From NCBI GenBank assembly GCA_036339635.1, contig JAYZAR010000043.1:10906-74905 (forward strand): DNA of 64,000 nucleotides. Reading direction: 5' to 3'. Below the pieces are notes generated by a model that was not told the origin of the DNA, ran no database searches, and saw only the letters and a program-made list of their open reading frames with translations. Positions 9,764 through 19,202 of the stretch are shown here, one piece after another. Numbering within the stretch: position 1 is the first letter of the stretch; every line of letters begins with the position of its first letter. Position numbers and translations under genes: made by a program. The DNA comes from Planctomycetota bacterium (GTDB lineage Bacteria; Planctomycetota; Planctomycetia; Pirellulales; Pirellulaceae).

Positions 9764-11020
9764 ATGAGTTTGGCATCGATTGACCAGTGTCGTGACTTGT
9801 TGCGACGTTTTATCGAGGTCCGAAGATTCTCGGAACGGTTGGTCGAACCCCTTTCGTCAGAGGACTGTTTGGTTCAGTCGATGCCAGATGTGAGCCCGAC
9901 AAAGTGGCACTTGGCTCATACGACTTGGTTTTTCGAAACTTTTGTTCTTTCAGAGTGCCCTGATTATCGAGTGCATGATGAGCGTTACGCGCATCTGTTC
10001 AATTCCTATTACAACACGATCGGGGAACAATACCCGCGCTCTCGACGAGGAATGATTGCTCGGCCGACCTTGGCCGACGTGATGGAGTATCGGCGTTTCG
10101 TCGATGAGTCACTGGGAAAATGGCTGGAAGCTGATTCGGAGGCTGCCACCAGAATTGCATCGGTTGTCGAAATTGGTTTGCAGCATGAGCAACAGCATCA
10201 GGAACTGATACTGACAGACATCAAGCACGTGCTCTCGCAGAATCCGTGCTGGCCAGTTTTCCAAGCAGGAAAGATGGACCCGATCATACGGCCGACGAAG
10301 CAATGGATCGACCATCAGGAAAATATCTGTGAAATTGGTTTTGATGGAGATGGGTTTTGTTACGACAACGAACAACCGCGACATCGTATGTTCGTGGAGT
10401 CTTATCAAATTTGTGATTCGCTTGTGAGTTGTGGTGAGTATTTGCAATTCATCGAGGATGGCGGTTATAGGCGCCCCGAATATTGGTTGTCAGTTGGCTG
10501 GCAAGCGGTGCAAGACCACGATTGGACTGCGCCACTTTACTGGCAAAGGGATGGTGATTCGTGGCTGGAATTCACACTGGCCGGACTACAGCAGGTCGAT
10601 TTGGATCGCCCCGTCACTCACGTAAGCTATTTTGAGGCCGATGCTTTTGCTCGTTGGAGTGAAGCTCGTTTGCCAACCGAAGCGGAATGGGAAGTTGCTG
10701 CTGTCGGTTCGTCGCGGAGCGGTAACTTTGTCGATACATTGCTGAAGCATGGGAATGCGATTCATCCCGGTGCCGCCCAACACGATCACACGCTCTTTGG
10801 CGATGTTTGGCAATGGACGGCGAGCCCTTACGTTGCCTATCCGGGATACCACCCACCCGCGGGCGCTCTGGGAGAATACAACGGTAAATTCATGTGCAAC
10901 CAATTTGTGTTGCGTGGTGGTTCGGTCGCAACCTTCTCGAGCCACATTCGACCCACCTATCGCAATTTCTTTCCCGCTGAAACGCGCTGGCAGTTCAGCG
11001 GAATTCGCCTCTGTCGCTAG
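9764..11020 (+). CDS. egtB: Ergothioneine biosynthesis sulfoxide synthase
   Basis: DinB-like domain 'QSMPDVSPTKWHLAHTTWFFE', 'FNSYY' and iron ligands 'HEQQHQEL'. FGE-like domain 'RLPTEAEWE', 'GEYNGKFM', 'YRNFF'. Confidence 0.95.
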   Translation: MSLASIDQCRDLLRRFIEVRRFSERLVEPLSSEDCLVQSMPDVSPTKWHLAHTTWFFETFVLSECPDYRVHDERYAHLFNSYYNTIGEQYPRSRRGMIARPTLADVMEYRRFVDESLGKWLEADSEAATRIASVVEIGLQHEQQHQELILTDIKHVLSQNPCWPVFQAGKMDPIIRPTKQWIDHQENICEIGFDGDGFCYDNEQPRHRMFVESYQICDSLVSCGEYLQFIEDGGYRRPEYWLSVGWQAVQDHDWTAPLYWQRDGDSWLEFTLAGLQQVDLDRPVTHVSYFEADAFARWSEARLPTEAEWEVAAVGSSRSGNFVDTLLKHGNAIHPGAAQHDHTLFGDVWQWTASPYVAYPGYHPPAGALGEYNGKFMCNQFVLRGGSVATFSSHIRPTYRNFFPAETRWQFSGIRLCR

Positions 11021-11035
11021 CAGCCAGTATCGCCG

Positions 11036-11075
11036 GCAGTCAGGAGCGTTAGCAGTCAGGAGCGTTAGCAGTCAG
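11036..11075 (+). repeat. Tandem repeat 16 bp x2.5
   Basis: GCAGTCAGGAGCGTTA twice plus GCAGTCAG, just after the egtB stop. Confidence 0.85.
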
Positions 11076-11241
11076 CGGCGAAAGTGGGTTGCATCGCTAG
11101 CCGGGGTGTCGCTAGCGACGTTTACAAATTGACGGGTGAAAAGAAATCTGCAGACACGCAAGATTCTGGCAGCTTCGAGCCCATGCCGTCTTTTGACACT
11201 CTTATACTGGCGTTGTGATCAATCACTCAGAATTGAGGGAC

Positions 11242-14214
11242 ATGATGGGGAAGATCAACTGCTGGGTACTAGTGTTTGCTGGGCTGCTGTGGGCGATCCC
11301 GATCTGGGCCGCTTCGAGCGAAGAAGATCTGAGGCGTCTCGATTTGAATCGTGGGATTGTCGGTGTCGTGGGGATCGATGAAGACGATCCGTCCTATTTG
11401 ATCGATCTTTGTGGACAATCCGAGTTGACGGTTTACTTTCAAACCGATGACCCATCTTTTGCTGCAACGGTGCGTCAGGCTGCATCCGCTCGTGGGATTT
11501 TGGGGAGCCGATTATTCGTTCAATCAGGATCGTTGGCTTCGATCCATCTCGGCGACAACGTCGCGGACCGAATTTTGGTTGCGGAAAGCGCGAAGGACCA
11601 TGTTTCTCGTGCAGAAGTAATGAGAGCATTGCGGCCGCGGGGAATTGGTTGGATCGCGGATGAATCGATGACGAAGCCTGTCCCGGACGGCATTGATGAA
11701 TGGAGCCATCCCTATCACGGTCCCGATAACAATCCAAATTCGGAAGATCAGCTCGTGCGAGGATCACTGCGCACACAATTTATTGGCTATCCAAAATTTA
11801 GTCCGATGCCCGAGCAGTCGGTAATCGCCGGGGGCAGGATTTACAAAGCGATGGGCCACATTGCTCACAAAGCAAATCAGAACGAAATGTTGAACACACT
11901 TTTGTGTGTGAATGCCTATAACGGAACGATCTTGTGGCGACGGCCCTTGCCGGCCGGATTTATGATTCATCGCAATACGATGGTTGCGACCGAGGATGCG
12001 CTTTACATGGGAGATCATGAATCGTGCAAGATCTTCGACGGCGAGACCGGTGAGTTGCGCGATGAGATTCGCGTCGACAAAGACATTAGTGATGGGCCGG
12101 TTTGGAAATGGATAGCGATACGCGATGGTGTGTTGTACGGGCTGGTGGGAAATACCGAAATTGAAATTGAAACCCAGCGAGCCGTCCGTCGAGGGTTGGG
12201 GCATTGGCCTTGGGGGATGTGGGAGGGGCACGATTATTCGGATCCGCGAACCTCTTTTGGCTTCGGAAGGACATTGGTTGCAATCGATCTGAAGTCCAAA
12301 GATCGCATCTGGCATTATCGCGATGCTGAGTTTCTGGATGCCCGCGCCGTATGCATGAATGACACGCAGATCTTTTGCTACTGCCCGGGGAAATTCCTCA
12401 CTTCGATTGATCGATCCACCGGAAAGGTACAGTGGAAAACAAACAACACCGACTTGATGCAGGCGATCGGGGACAACGAAAAAGCGCAACATTACATTAC
12501 CGGCTACGCGACCACCTGTTACATCAAATGTGATGACAATTATCTCTTCTTCGCTGGGCCGCAACGCGCTCAGATGGTAGTTGCTTCAGCCAAGGATGGA
12601 AGCTTGGCATGGACACATCCCACCGGGAATTTGCAATTGGTACTTCGCGATGATGGCATCTGGGCAGCTGGACCGCAGAAGTCTGAAAATGGAATGAAGT
12701 TTGATTATCGCACTGGCGAGGTGCTGGCGAAGTTTCCCGCTCGCCGCGCCTGCACTCGTGCGACAGGATGTGCCGACAGTATTTTTTATCGGGCCAGTGG
12801 TGGGACGGTTCGTGTGTTAACCGAATCGAACCAAGCTCAGCACATTGATCCCATGCGGCCCCCATGCCAAGACGGTGTGCTCATTGCAGGGGGGCATCTT
12901 TATTGGGGGCCTTGGATGTGTGGTTGCCAGCTATCGCTCTACGGCAATATTGCTTTGCGACCAACGCCTGAAGATGCGGAATCCCGGCCTACCAGCGATC
13001 GATTGATCACCGGAGATCTTGACGCAGCGATCCCGTCGATTGATGCGAAGGATCGAGATTGGACGAGCTATCGTGGCAGTAATACACGCTCGGATGTTTC
13101 TGCGATTCCAATCCCATCGAATGTTCAATTGGCTTGGTCCAGCAAGGTTTCGCATGGTGTGCTTCCGACGGCACCGGTCACCGCTGGGGGTCAAGTTTTC
13201 ATCGCTGACCGTGGCGGCGCCGTTCGTTCGCTAGATGCCGAGGGTAAGTTGATTTGGGAGTATTTCACTGGTGGCCCCATTTATTACTCGCCCACGATCG
13301 CGCATGACCGTGTGTACGTAGGTTCGGCAGACGGACGGGTCTACGCGTTGGCGGCGAACGATGGACGATTTCTCTGGTCATTTCGCGTGGGGCCCGAAGA
13401 TTACTGGGTTCCGGTATACGACCACTTGGTTTCTGCCTGGCCAGTTGCCGGCGGTGTGGTGGTCGAGGACGATTCGGTTTATGCCGCAGCAGGAATTGCG
13501 CATTACGATGGCACACACGTCGTTGCGCTCGACGCAATTACTGGTCAATTGCAGGTGTCCAATGATCGGTCGGGAAGATTGGAAGAAGACGTTAACAACG
13601 GAATCAGCGTGCAAGGAAATCTGACCATTGTGGAAGGCGAGCTCCGGTTCTTGGCTGGGGGCGTGTATGAAACCGCACGGTACGATCTGAAAACATTGGA
13701 TTGCTTAAACACACCCAAGAATCAGGTTTCATCTCAATTTCGCACCGCTTTTTATCCTTATTACCCGAATTATGGGAAGTATGTTTCGCTTGATTTTCAA
13801 TGTAGCGATGGATGCCAATTGACTCATGATGCCAGCTATGAAGGTAGTCAATTCGTCAATTTAGCGCGGTTGTCGCCTTTACCAAGTGGTGCCCCAAAAC
13901 CAGTCAAGGAAGCAGCGCGTTGGGTGCGTCGCGGTGGGAAGCCACCAGAAAATCTTTGGCAGGACCGCGCCAATCGCCGGTTCACTAGTTTTATTGTGAC
14001 AGACAAAATGCTGCTGGCGACGGGGCATCCGGATGGGGCCGAGAATGAGAACTTTTTAGTCGCGATTCGAACGTCCGATGGTCAGGATCAGTGGATCGCA
14101 AAAACACCCGCGGGCGTAGTAAAAGGCGGCACAGCGATGGGTGACAATGGTCGTCTCTATGTTGCATTAGAGGATGGTTCGTTGTTGTGTTTTGATTCAC
14201 GTGTCACTCCCTGA
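11242..14214 (+). CDS. Secreted protein: methyltransferase-like domain + two PQQ-like beta-propeller regions
   Basis: Signal peptide; methyltransferase-like segment 'LGDNVADRIL..EVMRALRPRG'; 'DEWSHPYHGPDNN' and 'DWTSYRG' propeller starts; 'VYVGSADGRVYALAANDGRFLW'. Confidence 0.8.
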   Translation: MMGKINCWVLVFAGLLWAIPIWAASSEEDLRRLDLNRGIVGVVGIDEDDPSYLIDLCGQSELTVYFQTDDPSFAATVRQAASARGILGSRLFVQSGSLASIHLGDNVADRILVAESAKDHVSRAEVMRALRPRGIGWIADESMTKPVPDGIDEWSHPYHGPDNNPNSEDQLVRGSLRTQFIGYPKFSPMPEQSVIAGGRIYKAMGHIAHKANQNEMLNTLLCVNAYNGTILWRRPLPAGFMIHRNTMVATEDALYMGDHESCKIFDGETGELRDEIRVDKDISDGPVWKWIAIRDGVLYGLVGNTEIEIETQRAVRRGLGHWPWGMWEGHDYSDPRTSFGFGRTLVAIDLKSKDRIWHYRDAEFLDARAVCMNDTQIFCYCPGKFLTSIDRSTGKVQWKTNNTDLMQAIGDNEKAQHYITGYATTCYIKCDDNYLFFAGPQRAQMVVASAKDGSLAWTHPTGNLQLVLRDDGIWAAGPQKSENGMKFDYRTGEVLAKFPARRACTRATGCADSIFYRASGGTVRVLTESNQAQHIDPMRPPCQDGVLIAGGHLYWGPWMCGCQLSLYGNIALRPTPEDAESRPTSDRLITGDLDAAIPSIDAKDRDWTSYRGSNTRSDVSAIPIPSNVQLAWSSKVSHGVLPTAPVTAGGQVFIADRGGAVRSLDAEGKLIWEYFTGGPIYYSPTIAHDRVYVGSADGRVYALAANDGRFLWSFRVGPEDYWVPVYDHLVSAWPVAGGVVVEDDSVYAAAGIAHYDGTHVVALDAITGQLQVSNDRSGRLEEDVNNGISVQGNLTIVEGELRFLAGGVYETARYDLKTLDCLNTPKNQVSSQFRTAFYPYYPNYGKYVSLDFQCSDGCQLTHDASYEGSQFVNLARLSPLPSGAPKPVKEAARWVRRGGKPPENLWQDRANRRFTSFIVTDKMLLATGHPDGAENENFLVAIRTSDGQDQWIAKTPAGVVKGGTAMGDNGRLYVALEDGSLLCFDSRVTP

Positions 14215-14529
14215 ATCGAGCCGAGCCAGCCTTAGATATGTCGCGGGCTGGCAGAAGCCGTTTGTGGCCCCCGCCAAACGCAGGCTAGGTTGCGTCTGAA
14301 TTGGGCCGTTTGGTTGCTGACTCTGCCTGGTTGCTGGGGATGTGGCAGCGAACGACGGCAACTTCAGCGAATCCTCACTGATATCCTCGACAACGGTTAA
14401 CGCCTCTTCGGTAACCAGATCTAAGCGCCCTGTGCAGCCAGATCATGGGCCTTGTTTTTTGGAACCGCTTGCGCTGTTACGATACGGGTTCCGTTGAGCG
14501 GTTTTAATTCGAGATTTGGAGTAAAAAGC

Positions 14530-15129
14530 ATGATTTGGATTGTGTTAGCCGTCATCGGTGTGGTGGCTTTATTGGTGGTGGGTTACGTGATTGGTATCTA
14601 CAACCAATTGGTGAGGTTAAAAAATCGCTACGAAAACGCATTTTCTCAGATCGAAGTGCAATTAAAGCGTCGCTACGATTTAATCCCAAACCTGGTAGAA
14701 ACGGTGAAAGGCTACATGTCGCACGAGCGTGAAACGCTGGAAGCAGTGATCAAAGCTCGAAATCAAGCTGTGACAGGCCTGCAAGCCGCCGCCGCCGATC
14801 CGAGTAACGCGGCGGCAATCCAGTCACTTGCCGGTGCGGAGCAGGGTTTGACAGGTGCGTTGGGTCGGCTCTTCGCTTTGTCAGAGTCGTATCCTGATTT
14901 GAAGGCGAATCAGAACATGGCGCAATTGACCGAAGAGATTACATCGACCGAAAACAAAGTGTCGTTTGCACGTCAGGCATACAACGATTCGGTAACGGCT
15001 TACAACACTTACAAGGAAACGTTCCCACCCGTCGCGGTTGCTGGAATGTTTGGACACTCTCAGAATGCGCAGCTGCTGGAATTTGACAGCGAAGCTATCG
15101 CAGAAGCACCGAAGGTTTCGTTCGACTAA
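14530..15129 (+). CDS. lemA: LemA family protein
   Basis: N-terminal TM helix, 'QIEVQLKRRYDLIPNLVETVKGY', 'ESYPDLKANQN', 'TENKVSFARQAYNDSV'. GGAG upstream of ATG 14530. Confidence 0.95.
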   Translation: MIWIVLAVIGVVALLVVGYVIGIYNQLVRLKNRYENAFSQIEVQLKRRYDLIPNLVETVKGYMSHERETLEAVIKARNQAVTGLQAAAADPSNAAAIQSLAGAEQGLTGALGRLFALSESYPDLKANQNMAQLTEEITSTENKVSFARQAYNDSVTAYNTYKETFPPVAVAGMFGHSQNAQLLEFDSEAIAEAPKVSFD

Positions 15130-17157
15130 ATGACTACCGATTTTTATCAGCGTCAATCGGATGCTCGGCGAAACACTTGGCGGTTGGTCGTGTTGTTCGG
15201 CATTGCTGTCGTATTGATCGTAAGTTCGGTGGTGGCGATCACTTTCGTCGTTGTTGATTTTCAGTATCAACGAACCGATCGGCGGCCCGAATCCCAAATC
15301 TATGTCATTCCCGCGATCGCGGGTTTGGTGTCGTTGCTAATTATCGTTGGAGGCTCCCTCTATAAAGTTTGGGAGCTGCGACATGGCGGTGGAATGCGTG
15401 TTGCCGAAGGCCTGGGGGGACGGCGGATCTATCCCAGTACTAGCGTTGGCGTCGAGCGGCGACTGATGAATGTCGTCGAGGAAATGGCAATTGCTTCTGG
15501 CGTCCCAGTACCACCTGTATTCTTATTAGACGAGGACGGGATCAATGCGTTTGCCGCTGGTTACTCGCCCAGTGATGCTGTCTTGGGAATCACGCGTGGT
15601 TGTGCGGAAAATCTGTCACGCGATGAATTACAGGGAGTGATTGCGCACGAGTTTAGCCACATTCTCAATGGCGATATGAGAATGAGCATTAAGCTGATTG
15701 GAATCCTGCACGGGATTCTTTTGATCGGTTTGGTGGGGCAGGTATTGCTTAGAACATTCGTCTACGCAGGACACGGTCGGTCAGGTTCAAGTGGGGGAAA
15801 CAGTGGAAAAGGGGGCGGTGCCCAAATCATCTTGGTTATCTTGGCAGTTTCAGTAGCAGCAATTGTGCTTGGTTTCATCGGAACATTTTTCGGTAACCTC
15901 ATCAAGGCTGCTGTCTCACGGCAGCGTGAATACCTGGCTGATGCCTCCGCTGTCCAATTTACGCGTGATCCAGGGGGAATCGCTGGCGCTCTGAAGCGAA
16001 TTGGAGGATCGACCGCTGGATCGCAATTGGAGGCTCCCAATGCAGCTGAGGCGAGTCACATGTATTTCGCCGAGGGTGTCTGGCAGGGTATCGCGGGATT
16101 ATGGGCAACGCATCCACCGCTGCCGAAGCGAATTCGCGCGATTGAGCCAAATTGGGATGGAAAGTTTTACAAAGGCCGCCCCAGTGCCAAGTCGTTTTCC
16201 ACTGGGCAATTAGCTGGTTTCGCTGGTGCTGAGTCCAAGGTGACCAGTGCTGATGCGCAGGCCAATGTTGCGGCTTCCGCGGCCGTTGTGGCGGCGGGCA
16301 ATGCGGCTCAGGGTGCGAGCGCGGTACCGATTTCGTTGATCGATGAAGCCTACCTTCACGTGGGTGATCCGACGACCGAGCATCGGCACTATGCAGCTGA
16401 AGTAATCAAGCAATTATCCGGTGTCGTGCTTGAAACGGTGCGGGAACCGTATGGCGCACGAGCTGTTGTTTATGGGTTGTTGCTCGATGAACAGCCAGAG
16501 ATTCGCAAGGTTCAAATGGATACGTTGCAGCGGCACGCGACACCAGATGTCGTCAAGCTCGTCGTGGAACTACAGGATGCAATCGACGGTTTGGACATTC
16601 GCGCCAGGCTGCCGCTGATTGATCTCGCGTTGCCTTCGCTTAAAGTAATGTCGATGAAGCAATATCAAGACTTTAGTCATTGCTTTGTTTCTTTGGCCAA
16701 AGCAGATCGCCAGATCAATTTGTTCGAATGGATGCTCGCTCAAGTCGTGATGCGGCACTTGCAACCGCAGTTCGATGTGGTCAAAAGCCCGCCGGTGCAA
16801 TACTACGGGATGCAACGCCTGCAGTCGGAATGTGCAACGTTACTCTCCACAGTCGCCTCAGCTGGCAATTCAGAGGAGAGAGCAGCGGAAGCTTATGAGG
16901 CGGGCGCTCAACTCTTGCCCGAGCTTCGATTAGAACGAGTGCCACGCGACGAATGCCATCTTGCGGGTCTTCAAGACGCGTTGGCAAAGCTGGCTCGTGT
17001 TTCTGCGAAGCATCGCGGTCAACTGGTCGATGCGTGTGCGGCAGCCATTTGTGCCGATGGCCATGTGACCTGGCAGGAAGCGGAATTGCTGAGAGGAATC
17101 TCGGATCTGCTCGACTGTCCCATGCCACCTTTGTTGGTAAAGAAAACGAACACCTAA
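15130..17157 (+). CDS. M48 family (HtpX-like) membrane metallopeptidase with C-terminal extension
   Basis: INAFAAG, HEFSH (HExxH), 'SRQREYLADA', 'ATHPPL'. Directly abuts the lemA stop. Confidence 0.93.
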   Translation: MTTDFYQRQSDARRNTWRLVVLFGIAVVLIVSSVVAITFVVVDFQYQRTDRRPESQIYVIPAIAGLVSLLIIVGGSLYKVWELRHGGGMRVAEGLGGRRIYPSTSVGVERRLMNVVEEMAIASGVPVPPVFLLDEDGINAFAAGYSPSDAVLGITRGCAENLSRDELQGVIAHEFSHILNGDMRMSIKLIGILHGILLIGLVGQVLLRTFVYAGHGRSGSSGGNSGKGGGAQIILVILAVSVAAIVLGFIGTFFGNLIKAAVSRQREYLADASAVQFTRDPGGIAGALKRIGGSTAGSQLEAPNAAEASHMYFAEGVWQGIAGLWATHPPLPKRIRAIEPNWDGKFYKGRPSAKSFSTGQLAGFAGAESKVTSADAQANVAASAAVVAAGNAAQGASAVPISLIDEAYLHVGDPTTEHRHYAAEVIKQLSGVVLETVREPYGARAVVYGLLLDEQPEIRKVQMDTLQRHATPDVVKLVVELQDAIDGLDIRARLPLIDLALPSLKVMSMKQYQDFSHCFVSLAKADRQINLFEWMLAQVVMRHLQPQFDVVKSPPVQYYGMQRLQSECATLLSTVASAGNSEERAAEAYEAGAQLLPELRLERVPRDECHLAGLQDALAKLARVSAKHRGQLVDACAAAICADGHVTWQEAELLRGISDLLDCPMPPLLVKKTNT

Positions 17158-17276
17158 GAATCCTGGTGGGAACAGAATCCCGTGCCTACGAAACACTGAT
17201 GCTTACGAAGGTAAGGGTGGCAATCTCTGATGGCGTGAGCCCGAAGATTGAAATGGTGATCAGGATTGCTTGTTCC

Positions 17277-18101
17277 TCATCGCATCGATAACAAGCTGGG
17301 GCTGAGATTAGAGTTTTGGTGTTCGCGCAAATGCAACGATAGGTCGAGTGCCGTTTTTCCCGCGATAAGCAAAACTAAGATTCCGACGGAACTCCCCAAT
17401 GCGATTGTCACGAACGCTCCGAGCAGGATGGCGATATGCAGTACAACAATGCGCAAATACGGCTGAAACATCAGGATGATGGGATTGGTTTGTTTGTATT
17501 CTTTGTGCCCCAGATAGTTCGTGAAGAAAGAGATCAGGTGGCTGATCGCCAAGGCGCCTACTCCCCACCATAGCTGCTCTTGGTTAAACACCTGCAACAT
17601 CCCACCGAGATTTGGCATTTCTGGGGCAGCACCGCCTCCCCGCCCAAGCAAGACGAAAATAAATATGCCATGAACCGCGCAAAAAATGCCGTAGTGAAAA
17701 ATGAAGAAAGGGATTAAGAAGAATTTCATTCGGTGCAGGGTTTTGGAATGCTTATCCCAATTATTGGTCATATCTTCAAAATGCTCATGCTCTTCCCCGG
17801 TTTTCGGTTGGACTTGTGATTGCATCTTTTCCAGGCTGGGATCGGCAAACAGAATCTTTAAGACGTTGATGGCCCCAATGATTACGTTTTCTGACCAATA
17901 GAGTGCGACAATTGCAAATGTGCTCCAGCCAAACAAGAAGACCCCCAGTAATGGAACCGCGTTGGCAAGGAGCAGTCCGATCGTCGATGGGCGATGTTGA
18001 AGGGCTTGTTCTATCCAGCCGTGATCGGCTGGCTTAGACTCGGTAAAATGCTCAGGAGATTTTGATGGATCAGTCACGCGATTTTCCCTCGTTCGTGCCA
18101 C
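17277..18101 (-). CDS. DUF6498-like membrane protein
   Basis: 'LLLANAVPLLGV..W..LYWSEN', 'FFIFHYGIFCAVHG' and 'MFQPYLRIVVLHIAI' pattern with several TM segments. Confidence 0.75.
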   Translation of the reverse strand: MARTRENRVTDPSKSPEHFTESKPADHGWIEQALQHRPSTIGLLLANAVPLLGVFLFGWSTFAIVALYWSENVIIGAINVLKILFADPSLEKMQSQVQPKTGEEHEHFEDMTNNWDKHSKTLHRMKFFLIPFFIFHYGIFCAVHGIFIFVLLGRGGGAAPEMPNLGGMLQVFNQEQLWWGVGALAISHLISFFTNYLGHKEYKQTNPIILMFQPYLRIVVLHIAILLGAFVTIALGSSVGILVLLIAGKTALDLSLHLREHQNSNLSPSLLSMR

Positions 18102-18592
18102 ACCATAGGATGGTGCGTTTCATGCCTGGGGTATGACAACAATGTTGTACAGGTTGTAAATTGCTTTCACCTGAGCTTGCTCGAGTCATGGCGGCTGCAA
18201 ATCCACGGAGCTTCAAGCCTCACAATTGTTGATTTGTCGTTGCTCCCCTGGCAATACCCGCGCGTTGTTGCGGAGCAGTTTTGGATAAAGGGCGATTGTC
18301 GCGTTGCCGATGCTGTAACTCGTAAAACCAGCATGAATCCCTGCCGTCCGTTGATCCCGTCGCCAACTAATGCTGATAACTTCAGTTTCGCTTTGATCGA
18401 AATGGCCAAAGTTTGGCCGGTGCAGCAGATGGCGAACCTAGCAGGTTGTGCAATCGAGGATGAAGCGCTGACACCGCACGAGTTAAGAACATTCAAGCGA
18501 CCATTTTTTTCGGTTCAATGGCGATGAGGATCCGATCTAATGATGTGGGATCAGCGAGCCTGTCGAGGATGTTGGGGCAAGTTGAACTTCGC

Positions 18593-18985
18593 ATGGTGAT
18601 TCTCGAAACACACGCGACTCCGGGAGCCAAATTGGAATCGGTGGGCGGGGAACACGATGCTCGGTTGCAGATGAAGGTTTCTGCAAGAGCAGCGCAGGGC
18701 AGGGAAGGGCAACGCAGGGCAGGGAAGGGCAGGGCGAAAAACGCTATTGCTCGATCTCTGGCGAAAGCACTTTGCTTGCCAAAATCGGCTGTCACATTGC
18801 GATCTGGACAGACAAGCCGAGTGAAACGAGTCGCGGTGTATAGTGATTCGGATGCAATTCAAACGCGGCGCAAACAATTGCTCGATGTTGATTGCTCATT
18901 TTTTTCGCCACAAGAGCGAACCAAGTCTCAGGTGGTCGAATTCTATGCCATACAATCTCTTGGTGTGATGGCATTGCGAAGGTAG
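18593..18985 (+). CDS. DUF167 (YggU-like) protein, diverged, with repeat insertion
   Basis: 'HATPGAK..VGGEHDARLQMKVSA....AKNAIARSLAKAL.LPKSAVTLRSGQTSRVKRV'. Start uncertain (ORF from 18518) and the gene may be decaying. Confidence 0.7.
   Translation: MVILETHATPGAKLESVGGEHDARLQMKVSARAAQGREGQRRAGKGRAKNAIARSLAKALCLPKSAVTLRSGQTSRVKRVAVYSDSDAIQTRRKQLLDVDCSFFSPQERTKSQVVEFYAIQSLGVMALRR
18691..18735 (+). repeat. AGGGC/AGGGA pentamer array (20-bp higher-order unit x2)
   Basis: agcgc agggc aggga agggc aacgc agggc aggga agggc agggc. Confidence 0.85.
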
Positions 18986-19202
18986 TAATCTCTCGTGAAT
19001 TGCGATCGTATTCACTTGATCTTCATGCGATCTAGCTAGGCCGGTCGAAAAGCTGAGAATACGATTGGAGAATCCTTTACTGGATCAGCTGCGATAGGTG
19101 CGTCTTGCGGTTTACACTTGCACACCATTCGGGTTCTCACCTTGCGAATGAGGCAGGGACAATGAACGTCGATTCAAACGTGCGGATTGAAGGGAGAGCG
19201 AG

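Noticed and set aside
9764-11020. Selenoneine (senA) or ovothiol (ovoA) synthase instead of egtB
   Set aside because: No senB/selD nearby and no C-terminal methyltransferase domain. Motifs and the egtD linkage fit EgtB.
11764-12564. Long antisense ORFs (also 19513-20271, 52601-53293, 61657-62271, 58159-58752)
   Set aside because: These are shadow ORFs opposite well-supported genes, expected at this GC content.
18167-18527. ORFs of 109-116 aa upstream of DUF167
   Set aside because: No recognisable motifs or ribosome-binding site. May be decayed DNA, but I cannot support a call.
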